From an uncultured Clostridia bacterium (GTDB taxonomy: Bacteria > Bacillota > Clostridia > Oscillospirales > CAG-272), in NCBI GenBank assembly GCA_945949385.1, contig CAMFEL010000003.1, positions 1-47,692 on the forward strand: a stretch of 47,692 nt of DNA. The letters are read 5' to 3'. Shown here one piece after another: positions 39,911-47,692 of this stretch. Within the stretch, counting starts at the first letter, position 1. Each line of letters opens with the position of its first letter. The notes under the pieces were generated by a model. It made no database searches and was not told the origin of the DNA. It saw only the letters and a list, made by a program, of their open reading frames with translations. A program made the position numbers and the translations under genes.

Positions 39911-39955
39911 TCGGTATTGACCTGAAATCGAATTCGGTATTGACCTGAAATCGAA
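39911..39955. repeat. Tandem 22-bp direct duplication
   Basis: tcggtattgacctgaaatcgaa at 39911-39932 and 39934-39955. Confidence 0.9.
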
Positions 39956-40135
39956 CAATGTTGGCTACACTCCGAACAATTATATTCCCTTACGGATTTT
40001 CAACCGCGCGACTGTCGCGCGGTTTTCGTTTTACAAAAAGCCGCATCAGCTGTTTGCTGATGCGGATTTTTATGAAGTTATCAGAAGAAATCGGCAATGC
40101 ACGAATGCTTGTTCAAGCGCGCTGTTTTCCTTGAC

Positions 40136-40594
40136 TTATATATTATTATGGAAATAATATAAGATGTTTGTTTCAACATCAAAATAATAGACATTATAAT
40201 TTCCGAATTCCGGACAATCCGGATCATCATAAATATAAATATAATCTGAATCGGATATTACAGAACGGTCAAAATCGTAATTTACAACCACTTCATTATC
40301 AGCGTCAGTATCTCTTACCGCTTGTACCCAATTTTCAAAATCGTCAATATGTGCTTCCAAATTTTCCCTGCTGCTTTCCGTAATGATTTGAAAATAAGAA
40401 TTATCCGAAAAGTCAACACTGTCAAAGCAGTACTTCGCATAATCGGTAAAATCCTGAAAACCGCCGCTGGTAAAAAATTGCTTTGATTCATACTTGCCCA
40501 GAGAATCAAGCACATCATCTTTGGGTATACTGCATCCCGCTAAAGAAACAACTAAAACAAGAGAAAATAATGCTGCTGCCAACTTTTTCATCAT
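40136..40594 (-). CDS. Hypothetical lipoprotein
   Basis: LAGC lipobox, AGGAGG RBS, AT-rich. Confidence 0.8.
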   Translation of the reverse strand: MMKKLAAALFSLVLVVSLAGCSIPKDDVLDSLGKYESKQFFTSGGFQDFTDYAKYCFDSVDFSDNSYFQIITESSRENLEAHIDDFENWVQAVRDTDADNEVVVNYDFDRSVISDSDYIYIYDDPDCPEFGNYNVYYFDVETNILYYFHNNI

Positions 40595-40689
40595 TTTACC
40601 TCCTTATATTGTAACACAAATCACATAATAAATTATAGCACAAACTTATTTGGAATTCAAGTGAAGTGCCGTAATGACGGTAAATGAGA

Positions 40690-41166
40690 AGTAATATTCT
40701 GTGCTGTCGCACAAAGTGATATTGCGGATTTCATTCGCAGTGATATTATATTCACATCTTAACTGCCTGAAGGTCAATACCATTCGGCGTCAGACAAATA
40801 TCGCTGCGAAGCAATATCACCGGCCGTAGGAAAATATACCTGAAAACCTCCTTGTTCTCTCGAGCAAGGAGGTCAGCCTGTCGAAAAAAGTCCGGATCTT
40901 TCCGGACTTTTTCAAAGGCTGTAATCCCCAAAGACTTATGCCTTTGAGGCTATGGGGCGTCACTACTCGTTGCGGTACCCGAAATTTGTTCCGCTTAGCA
41001 AGCTCAGCGGCAAATTTCGACCGCTGCCGTATTCGCCCGTTTGCTTCATCCGCCCCCGGCGGCGCAAGCGGGCGAATCAGATTAGAACCGCCGCTTCGCT
41101 GTCGCTTCAGGAAAACAGATGACGCCTCCAAAAGAAAAAACAGCCTCTCGTCTGTTTTTTCTTTTG
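40690..41166. repeat. Structured intergenic elements (REP/MITE-like) ending in an inverted tRNA-Cys 3' fragment and a hairpin
   Basis: Iterated AGTGATATT / AATATCAC motifs at 40690-40820; several hairpins at 40845-41100; TGACGCCTCCAAAAGAAAA at 41120-41138. Confidence 0.5.
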
Positions 41167-41221
41167 TGTATGTGCGACGGAAAAGCACAACTGGAATTTG
41201 TTAGTGCAGAATATTTACAAG

Positions 41222-42292
41222 CTACATAGCATCAACTGTATCGAATATACATTTAATTCCTATCGGTATTGTTCCTTGAAGCAACCATTCAAAGAAATTC
41301 AAATCATGATTATGGTCTGCGAAAATATTTACAGTTAGATTTGTTTTGCCGCGTTTAAGAAAATCATCCCTTATGTCTTCAGCATACTTTAACGGACATG
41401 CCGCATCGTCGACGCCTTGAAAAATATGTATAGGTAAATCCAATTGCGGCAGTATGCTCTTCGTGGGTGCTAATGAAAAATGTTCATTAAACCAACCTGT
41501 TGTCAGCTTGACTTTCGGATTGATATAGTTAGTTTTAAGCCATTCGTCGTCATTTCTCGATATTGCGTCGAGCAGAGAATCAAGATAAGGTTTTTGAAGA
41601 GCCGCAAAGTCGGATATATCGATTCGTCCATCCGAATTACTATCAATTTTTTCGAACGGTTGATTCCCGAGCAAATCCGCTTTGATTTTCGGATCTGCCG
41701 TATCATAATCATTTTTAGATATATATCCCTTTTTGTCTTTGTCAAAGTGCTTCCTAAGACTTACATATGAAGAATTGCCGCTAAGTTGCCATATTAAAGC
41801 ATTCTTCATATTTTCATTGCAATATCCTGCCAATAGAAGAGCATCGACTCTTACATTTTTTCGCAGTGCTACATGCGGAGCAACAATCGTTCCTTCACTC
41901 CAGCCTAGCAAAAAAATTTTTGCGTTATTAAATTCCGGCAATTTAGTGAGATGTCGGACAATAGATTCGATGTCCCTTACGGAATTAAGCGGTTTATATT
42001 TTTTATACTCATCTTCGTCGACAGTAACAAATAAAGGCTCGCTGTCCCCGATATCAACACCACGGGTATTATAGCTGCAATAAGCTACATTCCTTGACAA
42101 AAACTCGTTCCTGAAAAAATCGTGATAATTAAAGAATCCGCCCTTTGGATTTTTTCTCTTATTATCATATGTGTTTTGCCCTGATCCGTTTACATAGATT
42201 ACTAGTTTATCAACAGGAGCATTATCGGAATATGAATATTTAATTTTTGTTACACTGCCATCATAAAGAGAAATTGTATCTATTTTATCCAT
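41222..42292 (-). CDS. Alpha/beta hydrolase with EF-hand-like insert
   Basis: GWSEG nucleophile elbow, QGVDD, HNH; loops DKDKKGYISKND and DSNSDGRIDISD. Confidence 0.8.
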   Translation of the reverse strand: MDKIDTISLYDGSVTKIKYSYSDNAPVDKLVIYVNGSGQNTYDNKRKNPKGGFFNYHDFFRNEFLSRNVAYCSYNTRGVDIGDSEPLFVTVDEDEYKKYKPLNSVRDIESIVRHLTKLPEFNNAKIFLLGWSEGTIVAPHVALRKNVRVDALLLAGYCNENMKNALIWQLSGNSSYVSLRKHFDKDKKGYISKNDYDTADPKIKADLLGNQPFEKIDSNSDGRIDISDFAALQKPYLDSLLDAISRNDDEWLKTNYINPKVKLTTGWFNEHFSLAPTKSILPQLDLPIHIFQGVDDAACPLKYAEDIRDDFLKRGKTNLTVNIFADHNHDLNFFEWLLQGTIPIGIKCIFDTVDAM

Positions 42293-42690
42293 AACTCTTC
42301 ATTTCCGTAATCATAAGTTATCATCGAAACAATTTTGTTTTCTTATAGTTATCACTATATCATATCTTTTCACAAAAGTAGAGTCGACATGCTACAGTAT
42401 TACTGCTAAAAAGCATGCCAAAGCAATCGAATTTTTAATACTTGTTTCACCGTATTATTTCCGCCTTTCATTGCCGTATGGTATTTCTCCTATATCGTTT
42501 GATAAACCCAGTATAACATATTTTTTATCAATTTACAAGAAAAAAAGACGGTTACTCCCGTAACCTTCTTTTTGCTCCACTGTTGGGCTCAGAACCGCGG
42601 TTTGCATTGTGGTTTGATTGAACATTACGCCACCCTTATCGCAAACCTTTGTGGGCTTCGCTCTCGCGGTTCATCGACGTAGAGAAAAAG

Positions 42691-42727
42691 CCAAAAGAAA
42701 AGCACACCGTACGGTGTGCTTTTCTTT

Positions 42728-42730
<3 letters not shown>
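42691..42730 (-). terminator. Palindromic terminator after tRNA-Cys
   Basis: Perfect 40-bp palindrome ccaaaagaaaagcacaccgt|acggtgtgcttttcttttgg. Confidence 0.8.
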
Positions 42731-42802
<72 letters not shown>

Positions 42803-42836
42803 TTATAAATCGAGCCGCATAGAATTATGCGGCTCG

Positions 42837-42912
42837 TGGAGCGGATTACGGGGCTCGAACCCGCCACCTCCACCTTGGCAAGGTGGCGCTCTACCAAATG
42901 AGCTAAATCCGC
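42837..42912 (-). tRNA. tRNA-Gly (GCC)
   Basis: GCGGATT stem, CCACC-TTGCCAA-GGTGG, GTTCGAG, CCA. Confidence 0.95.
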
Positions 42913-42915
42913 ATA

Positions 42916-42991
42916 TGGTGCCTCCGGTCGGAATCGAACCAACGACACGGAGATTTTCAGTCTCCTGCTCTACCAACTGAGCTACAGAGGC
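42916..42991 (-). tRNA. tRNA-Phe (GAA)
   Basis: GGAGA-CTGAAAA-TCTCC anticodon arm, GTTCGATT, CCA. Confidence 0.95.
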
Positions 42992-43013
42992 GTCGCCCGG
43001 AATTTTCCGGAAA

Positions 43014-43090
43014 TGGCGACCCGAAGGGGGCTCGAACCCCTGACCTCTAGCGTGACAGGCTAGCGCTCTAACCAACTGAGCTACCGGGCC
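43014..43090 (-). tRNA. tRNA-Asp (GTC)
   Basis: CTAGC-CTGTCAC-GCTAG anticodon arm, GTTCGAG, CCA. Confidence 0.95.
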
Positions 43091-43094
43091 GTAT

Positions 43095-43170
43095 TGGTGG
43101 GAACAATAGGGCTCGAACCTATGACCCTCTGCTTGTAAGGCAGATGCTCTCCCAGCTGAGCTATGCTCCC
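43095..43170 (-). tRNA. tRNA-Val (TAC)
   Basis: TCTGC-CTTACAA-GCAGA anticodon arm, GTTCGAG, CCA. Confidence 0.95.
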
Positions 43171-43202
43171 GATTTTTCGCCGCGGTCTTACGCGGCTTTT
43201 AT

Positions 43203-43231
43203 AGTATAGCAAAGCGGGGCGGCGTTGTCAA
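43203..43231 (-). promoter_or_regulatory. Sigma-A promoter of the tRNA operon
   Basis: TTGACA (43231-43226), 17 bp, extended TG-c-TATACT (43208-43203). Confidence 0.8.
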
Positions 43232-43564
43232 TACCTTTTTTTCAATTTTCGCAAAAAAATTTCCGCAGCCGTTTACAGAGTCGCCGAAAAACGATCATAT
43301 GAGGTAAGGATCATCGTCTGCCGTCAAGGCAGGCAGAGCCCCCATCCCATAACACTGCCGCATAACAAGCAGGTTAATCAAAACAAACAAGTACACAGGA
43401 TAACTGAAAATCTGCTGTCGACACGCTCCAAAGCTTTGCTTTATTTCCGCCGCGAAATTTGATGTATAGACTGACGGGACAGCAGTCCCTCCGAATATTC
43501 CCCACTGCATTTCTATCGTCTGACAATCAAGTTTGAATTCTGCAAACCTTAGTAACGGGCAAAC

Positions 43565-44335
43565 TCACTTTTTCGCCCTTGCAATCACATACCAGCGTTC
43601 GCAGTCCTTCTTCGGCGCGCCGAAGCTGTAGTCACCGAAAAATCCCAGCACCTCAAAGCCTGCGCGCGCAAGCTCTCCCCGCAACCGCTTTTCCGTATAG
43701 CAGCGCTCCCGCTGCACAGCGTCCACCCTGTCCCACGCGCCGTCAGAGCGGCGGGTAAACACGGAAAGATAAAAATCGCACACACCGCGCCGGCTGTCGT
43801 AGTGATTCTGCCAGCAGCAGGTAACGCCCTCATCCTCCAGAATATAGTCGTTGTCACCGTAAAAGGTTCTGAATTTATAAGGCGTATTCACATCGAACAG
43901 GAACAGACCGTCGGGCTCAAGATAGTTGTGCACGAGAGACAGACACTTTCCCAGATCCTTTGCGCCGCAAAGATGATTTATGCCGTCGAGGCAGCACACA
44001 GCCGCGTCTACCGTGCCGTACAGTTCAAAGCTGCGCATATCCTGACACAGCCACAGAATATCCTCATATCCCGTCTCAGCAGCCCGCTGACGCGCCACGG
44101 AAAGCATATCGCAGCTTATATCCACCGCCGTCATATCAAAGCCCCGCTGACGCAGTTCAAATGTCATCGCCCCTGTACCGCAGCCCAGATCCAGCACGCT
44201 TGATATTTTCTTTGCGCCGAATTTTTCAAAAGCGGCGCAGAAAAAATCCGCCCATGCCGAATAATCCGTCTCGGAATTCAGCCTGTCGTAGGATGAGTAC
44301 AATGCATAATATGCGCCGTCCTGCATTTTTGTCAC
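43565..44335 (-). CDS. Class I SAM-dependent methyltransferase
   Basis: VLDLGCGTG, AVDIS..ML, QDMR, GLFLFDVNT. Confidence 0.92.
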   Translation of the reverse strand: MTKMQDGAYYALYSSYDRLNSETDYSAWADFFCAAFEKFGAKKISSVLDLGCGTGAMTFELRQRGFDMTAVDISCDMLSVARQRAAETGYEDILWLCQDMRSFELYGTVDAAVCCLDGINHLCGAKDLGKCLSLVHNYLEPDGLFLFDVNTPYKFRTFYGDNDYILEDEGVTCCWQNHYDSRRGVCDFYLSVFTRRSDGAWDRVDAVQRERCYTEKRLRGELARAGFEVLGFFGDYSFGAPKKDCERWYVIARAKK

Positions 44336-44341
44336 CGCCGC

Positions 44342-44647
44342 TTATTCCGGACTTTCGCCTGCGGCGTTAAGATTGTCCAGCACCAGCCTGTAACCGTCGC
44401 TGCCGTATCTCAGACAGCGGTTGACGCGGCTGATGGTAGCCGTAGAAAGTCCCGTTTTTTCAATCACATCCGTATATGTTGCCTCGTCGGAAAGCATTTT
44501 CGCGGCGGTCAGTCGGTTTGACATATCTATAAGCTCCGTAATGGTGCAGATATCGTCAAAAAATGCCCTGCACTCCTCCACCGTCTTAAGGGACAGAATC
44601 CCGCGGAACAGATAATCCGTTTTCCTGTCCGGTTCTCTTTTAGCCAT
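44342..44647 (-). CDS. yerC: TrpR-like regulator YerC/YecD
   Basis: EC..FFDDICT..E, TGLSTATISRVNRCL.YG.DGY. Confidence 0.9.
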   Translation of the reverse strand: MAKREPDRKTDYLFRGILSLKTVEECRAFFDDICTITELIDMSNRLTAAKMLSDEATYTDVIEKTGLSTATISRVNRCLRYGSDGYRLVLDNLNAAGESPE

Positions 44648-44784
44648 TCTCCTCTGATTCCTTTCCTGTACTTATGTCGTAATCCGTGCCGGGGTGTACC
44701 GCGGCACTATGTCTCTGCACGCCGCCGTATAGGCAGATAAGAACCTGCCCTATCCCGCGCCCCGCAGTTTTACGGCTTTACGCT

Positions 44785-45792
44785 TTATTTGTTCGTGTCT
44801 CCGCCCGTGAGAATAAGACGGGCAATATCGTCGGCGCAGGCGCCGGAAATATAGTCCCCGACTCCCTCAAGCGCCGCTCTCAGCGCTCCGGGCTCCAGCG
44901 ACACTCCCTCAAGAGAAGCGCAAAGCTTCTTTGTGTCGGCGGTGCCGAAAAAGTCTCCCTTTATATCAATATGCCCGATAACTCCTCTGTCGGCGCTGAG
45001 ATAGACCTCTACGCCGCCGTAGGAAAAACGCTGTCTGCACTCTCTGTCGCAGGCGGGGGAGGCGCCGAAATTCCAACTCCACCGGGAATATTTATCATCG
45101 CTCAGCCGTCTGATTGCCGCCCTTTCCTCCTCGGTGAAGTCCCGAGGCTCGCCCAGCTCTCCCGCCACAAGCTCGCACAGCCGCAGCATAAAGCCCTCTG
45201 CGTCCCGCGGTCCGCAGTAGCCCTCCAGAGCGGAAATATTGCACACTCTGGAGCGAACGCTTTTTACTCCTTTTGAGCGCAGCTTGTCCTCCGAGACCCG
45301 AAGTGCCGCGCCAAGCTCCGCCATATCGGCGCCGAACAGCAGCGTGCCGTGGTGCATGAGCCGCTTTCTGCCGTCGGCGGTGTCGTAGACGCACTGAGCG
45401 TTGCCGGATATTTTGCAGCCATCTGCCACAATGTCGTTTCTGCCGTCGGCGCAGGCAACAACGCCCATAGCGCTCAGCGCCTCGATAATAGGCGCGGTAA
45501 AGCGGCTGAAATCAAGCCCGCCCTCTCCGGCGGCGGTTATAAACGTAAAATTTACATTCCCCGGATCGTGAAAGACCGCGCCGACGCCCGTAAGCCGCCG
45601 CACTATTTTAATACCGGTCTTTTCCGCATAGTCAAGATTCACCTCGGCATAGGTGTTCTGATTTTTCCCCACTATTACCGCACGGTCATTGCGCCACAGC
45701 ATAAAAACATCGTCCCGCGAGTTTTCCAGAAGGTACTCCTCAGAGGCAAGATTGAAATAAGCGTCCACCACGGAATTGTTTATAACGAGCAT
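44785..45792 (-). CDS. lplA: Lipoate--protein ligase A family
   Basis: FNLASEEYL, VGKNQN, RRLTGxGAVFHD.GN, KISGNAQ, HHGTLL, KGVKSVRSRV, W.WNFG. Confidence 0.9.
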   Translation of the reverse strand: MLVINNSVVDAYFNLASEEYLLENSRDDVFMLWRNDRAVIVGKNQNTYAEVNLDYAEKTGIKIVRRLTGVGAVFHDPGNVNFTFITAAGEGGLDFSRFTAPIIEALSAMGVVACADGRNDIVADGCKISGNAQCVYDTADGRKRLMHHGTLLFGADMAELGAALRVSEDKLRSKGVKSVRSRVCNISALEGYCGPRDAEGFMLRLCELVAGELGEPRDFTEEERAAIRRLSDDKYSRWSWNFGASPACDRECRQRFSYGGVEVYLSADRGVIGHIDIKGDFFGTADTKKLCASLEGVSLEPGALRAALEGVGDYISGACADDIARLILTGGDTNK

Positions 45793-46020
45793 AAAAGGAA
45801 TTTCCTTCCGAAAAACCGCGCCGCACGGCGCTGATAAGAAACTGCATATGTATTGTATCACATACGGCAGCCACTTTTCAACATAGCGGTGAAACTTTGG
45901 TTGAAACGCCGAAAAAGATGTGGTAAAATATTATAGGTTGTCCAAGACTTCCGCCGTCTCCCGGGCAGAGCATATTATTCCGACATAAATTTTCGAACAA
46001 TTCGGAAAGGAAGATAAAAA

Positions 46021-46542
46021 ATGACAAACGCAGTAATCGAAAACATGAAAAACAGGCGAAGCTATCGCAGCTACGAATCCCGCCAAATAACGCAGGAGGA
46101 GCTTGACGCCGTGCTGGAGGCCGGGCTCTGGGCGCCCAGCGGTATGAACCGCCAGTGCGTAAAGCTGGTCGCCGTAACAAACCCCGACGCCGTCTCCCGC
46201 CTGTCACGTATGAACGCCGCCGTTATGGGCTCGTCGGGAGATCCCTTTTACGGCGCGCCCTGTGTTATAATAGTATTTGCCGACTCGCAGGCGCACACTT
46301 ATACGGAGGACGGAAGCCTTGCTATGGGAAATATGCTCTGCGCCGCCGCGTCTCTGGGACTCGGCTCCTGCTGGATACACCGCGCAAGAGAGGTCTTTGA
46401 AACCGACGAGGGCAGGGCGCTTATGAAAGAATGGGGAATACCCGAAAGCTATAAAGGCATCGGCAACTGTATCTTAGGCTACGCCGCCGAGACTCCGGCT
46501 CCGAAGCCCAGAACCGACGGCAGAATAATCAAGGTGAAATAA
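46021..46542 (+). CDS. Nitroreductase family protein
   Basis: RRSYRSY, APSGMNRQ, GLGSCWI. Confidence 0.92.
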   Translation: MTNAVIENMKNRRSYRSYESRQITQEELDAVLEAGLWAPSGMNRQCVKLVAVTNPDAVSRLSRMNAAVMGSSGDPFYGAPCVIIVFADSQAHTYTEDGSLAMGNMLCAAASLGLGSCWIHRAREVFETDEGRALMKEWGIPESYKGIGNCILGYAAETPAPKPRTDGRIIKVK

Positions 46543-46806
46543 GCCGAAATGATTCACCCCCCCGCTTTGCTTACAGACAACGCGAAAATCGGGCAATCAA
46601 ATCCCTGCCGGAATACCGTTTTTTGCCCGATTTCGCCCACGTATTTATAAATAATTGTAAATAACCTGAAAAAATATGGCGACTTACTCACTTTTTTTCG
46701 CAAAACTATGGAAATCCGGGGGAAAATATGATAGAATGACAAATGCGACACATAGTGCCGTTTGTAAAGTTGACAAATAAAAAATATATTTTTGGAGGAT
46801 TGTAAA

Positions 46807-47692
46807 ATGGGAAAGAAGTATGTATACCTTTTCTCCGAGGGCAACGCTAATATGCGCGAGCTGCTCGGCGGTAAAGGCGCAAACCTGGCGGAAATGACCA
46901 ACATAGGTCTTCCTGTTCCCCAGGGCTTCACGATCTCAACGGAGGCGTGCACACAGTACTACGAGGACGGCAGAAAAATAAGCGACGATATCATGGCTCA
47001 GACCATGGAGGGCGTCAAGAAAATGGAGGAGATCAACGGCAAAAAGTTCGGTGACCTCAAGAACCCCCTGCTTGTTTCCGTTCGTTCCGGCGCACGCGCA
47101 TCCATGCCCGGTATGATGGATACCATCCTCAACCTCGGTCTTAACGACGAAGTTGTGGAGGCAATGATCGCCGGCAACGACGATCCTAAGTTCAAGAGAT
47201 TCGTATATGACTCTTACAGAAGATTTATCCAGATGTTCTCCGACGTCGTTATGGAGGTCGGCAAGAAGTACTTCGAAGAGCTCATCGACAAGATGAAAGC
47301 CGAGAAGGGCGTTCAGTTCGACGTAGACCTTACTGCGGACGATCTGAAAGAGCTTGCACGTCAGTTCAAGGCAGAGTATAAGGCAAAGATCGGCGAGGAC
47401 TTCCCCTCCGACCCCGTTACTCAGCTCAAGCTGGCTATCGAGGCAGTATTCCGTTCATGGGATAACCCCCGTGCAAACGTTTACCGCCGCGATAACGATA
47501 TCCCTTACTCCTGGGGTACCGCAGTTAACGTAATGCCTATGGTATTCGGTAACCTTAACAACAACTCCGGTACAGGCGTTGCCTTCACCCGTGACCCCGC
47601 AACCGGCGAAAAGAAGCTCATGGGCGAGTTCCTTGTAAACGCACAGGGCGAGGACGTTGTTGCAGGCGTCCGTACTCCTATGCCTATCGCAC
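46807..47692 (+). CDS. ppdK: Pyruvate phosphate dikinase (5' part, runs off the window)
   Basis: MGKKYVYLF...[12 protein letters not shown]...[36 protein letters not shown]. Confidence 0.96.
   Translation, partial: MGKKYVYLFSEGNANMRELLGGKGANLAEMTNIGLPVPQGFTISTEACTQYYEDGRKISDDIMAQTMEGVKKMEEINGKKFGDLKNPLLVSVRSGARASMPGMMDTILNLGLNDEVVEAMIAGNDDPKFKRFVYDSYRRFIQMFSDVVMEVGKKYFEELIDKMKAEKGVQFDVDLTADDLKELARQFKAEYKAKIGEDFPSDPVTQLKLAIEAVFRSWDNPRANVYRRDNDIPYSWGTAVNVMPMVFGNLNNNSGTGVAFTRDPATGEKKLMGEFLVNAQGEDVVAGVRTPMPIA

Noticed and set aside
40817-41204. ORFs of 123 and 88 aa
   Set aside because: They lie across hairpin-rich repeat-like DNA, with no clear RBS or protein motifs
43295-43510. 71-aa ORF between the methyltransferase and the tRNA promoter
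   Set aside because: No clear RBS or recognisable motif; cannot be supported as a gene or RNA
44768-44787. Tandem TAAAG motifs upstream of yerC as an autoregulatory site
   Set aside because: Short, overlaps the lplA stop codon, and cannot be distinguished from chance

Overview
Mostly chromosomal backbone of a Bacillota/Clostridia-like bacterium (inferred from gene content): pgeF, pduL, a GntR-ABC module, a two-component system, an MBOAT/DHHW pair, a type IIA topoisomerase B subunit, recG, tpiA-pgk, hpf, feoAB, five tRNAs, lplA and the 5' part of ppdK. Three accessory zones interrupt it. (1) 15080-20460 is a lower-GC four-gene operon: SPFH/SHOCT protein, 4-TM membrane protein, DUF2971-like protein, and a Zn-ribbon/TPR/TIR/TM/DUF6273-like protein. 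The last has a Toll-like-receptor-like layout, and its final ~57 codons look like a diversity-generating retroelement (DGR) variable repeat. No RT or template repeat is visible in the window, so any diversification would act in trans. This is the best candidate for an undescribed system. (2) 29014-35553 is a collapsed exopolysaccharide locus with a readable deletion scar fusing a Wzz/CpsC gene to cpsB, plus a frameshifted ABC transporter. (3) 39383-42730 holds three unrelated AT-rich genes separated by structured elements downstream of tRNA-Cys, including an inverted copy of the tRNA 3' end. All family calls come from motif recognition by eye; no database searches were run.
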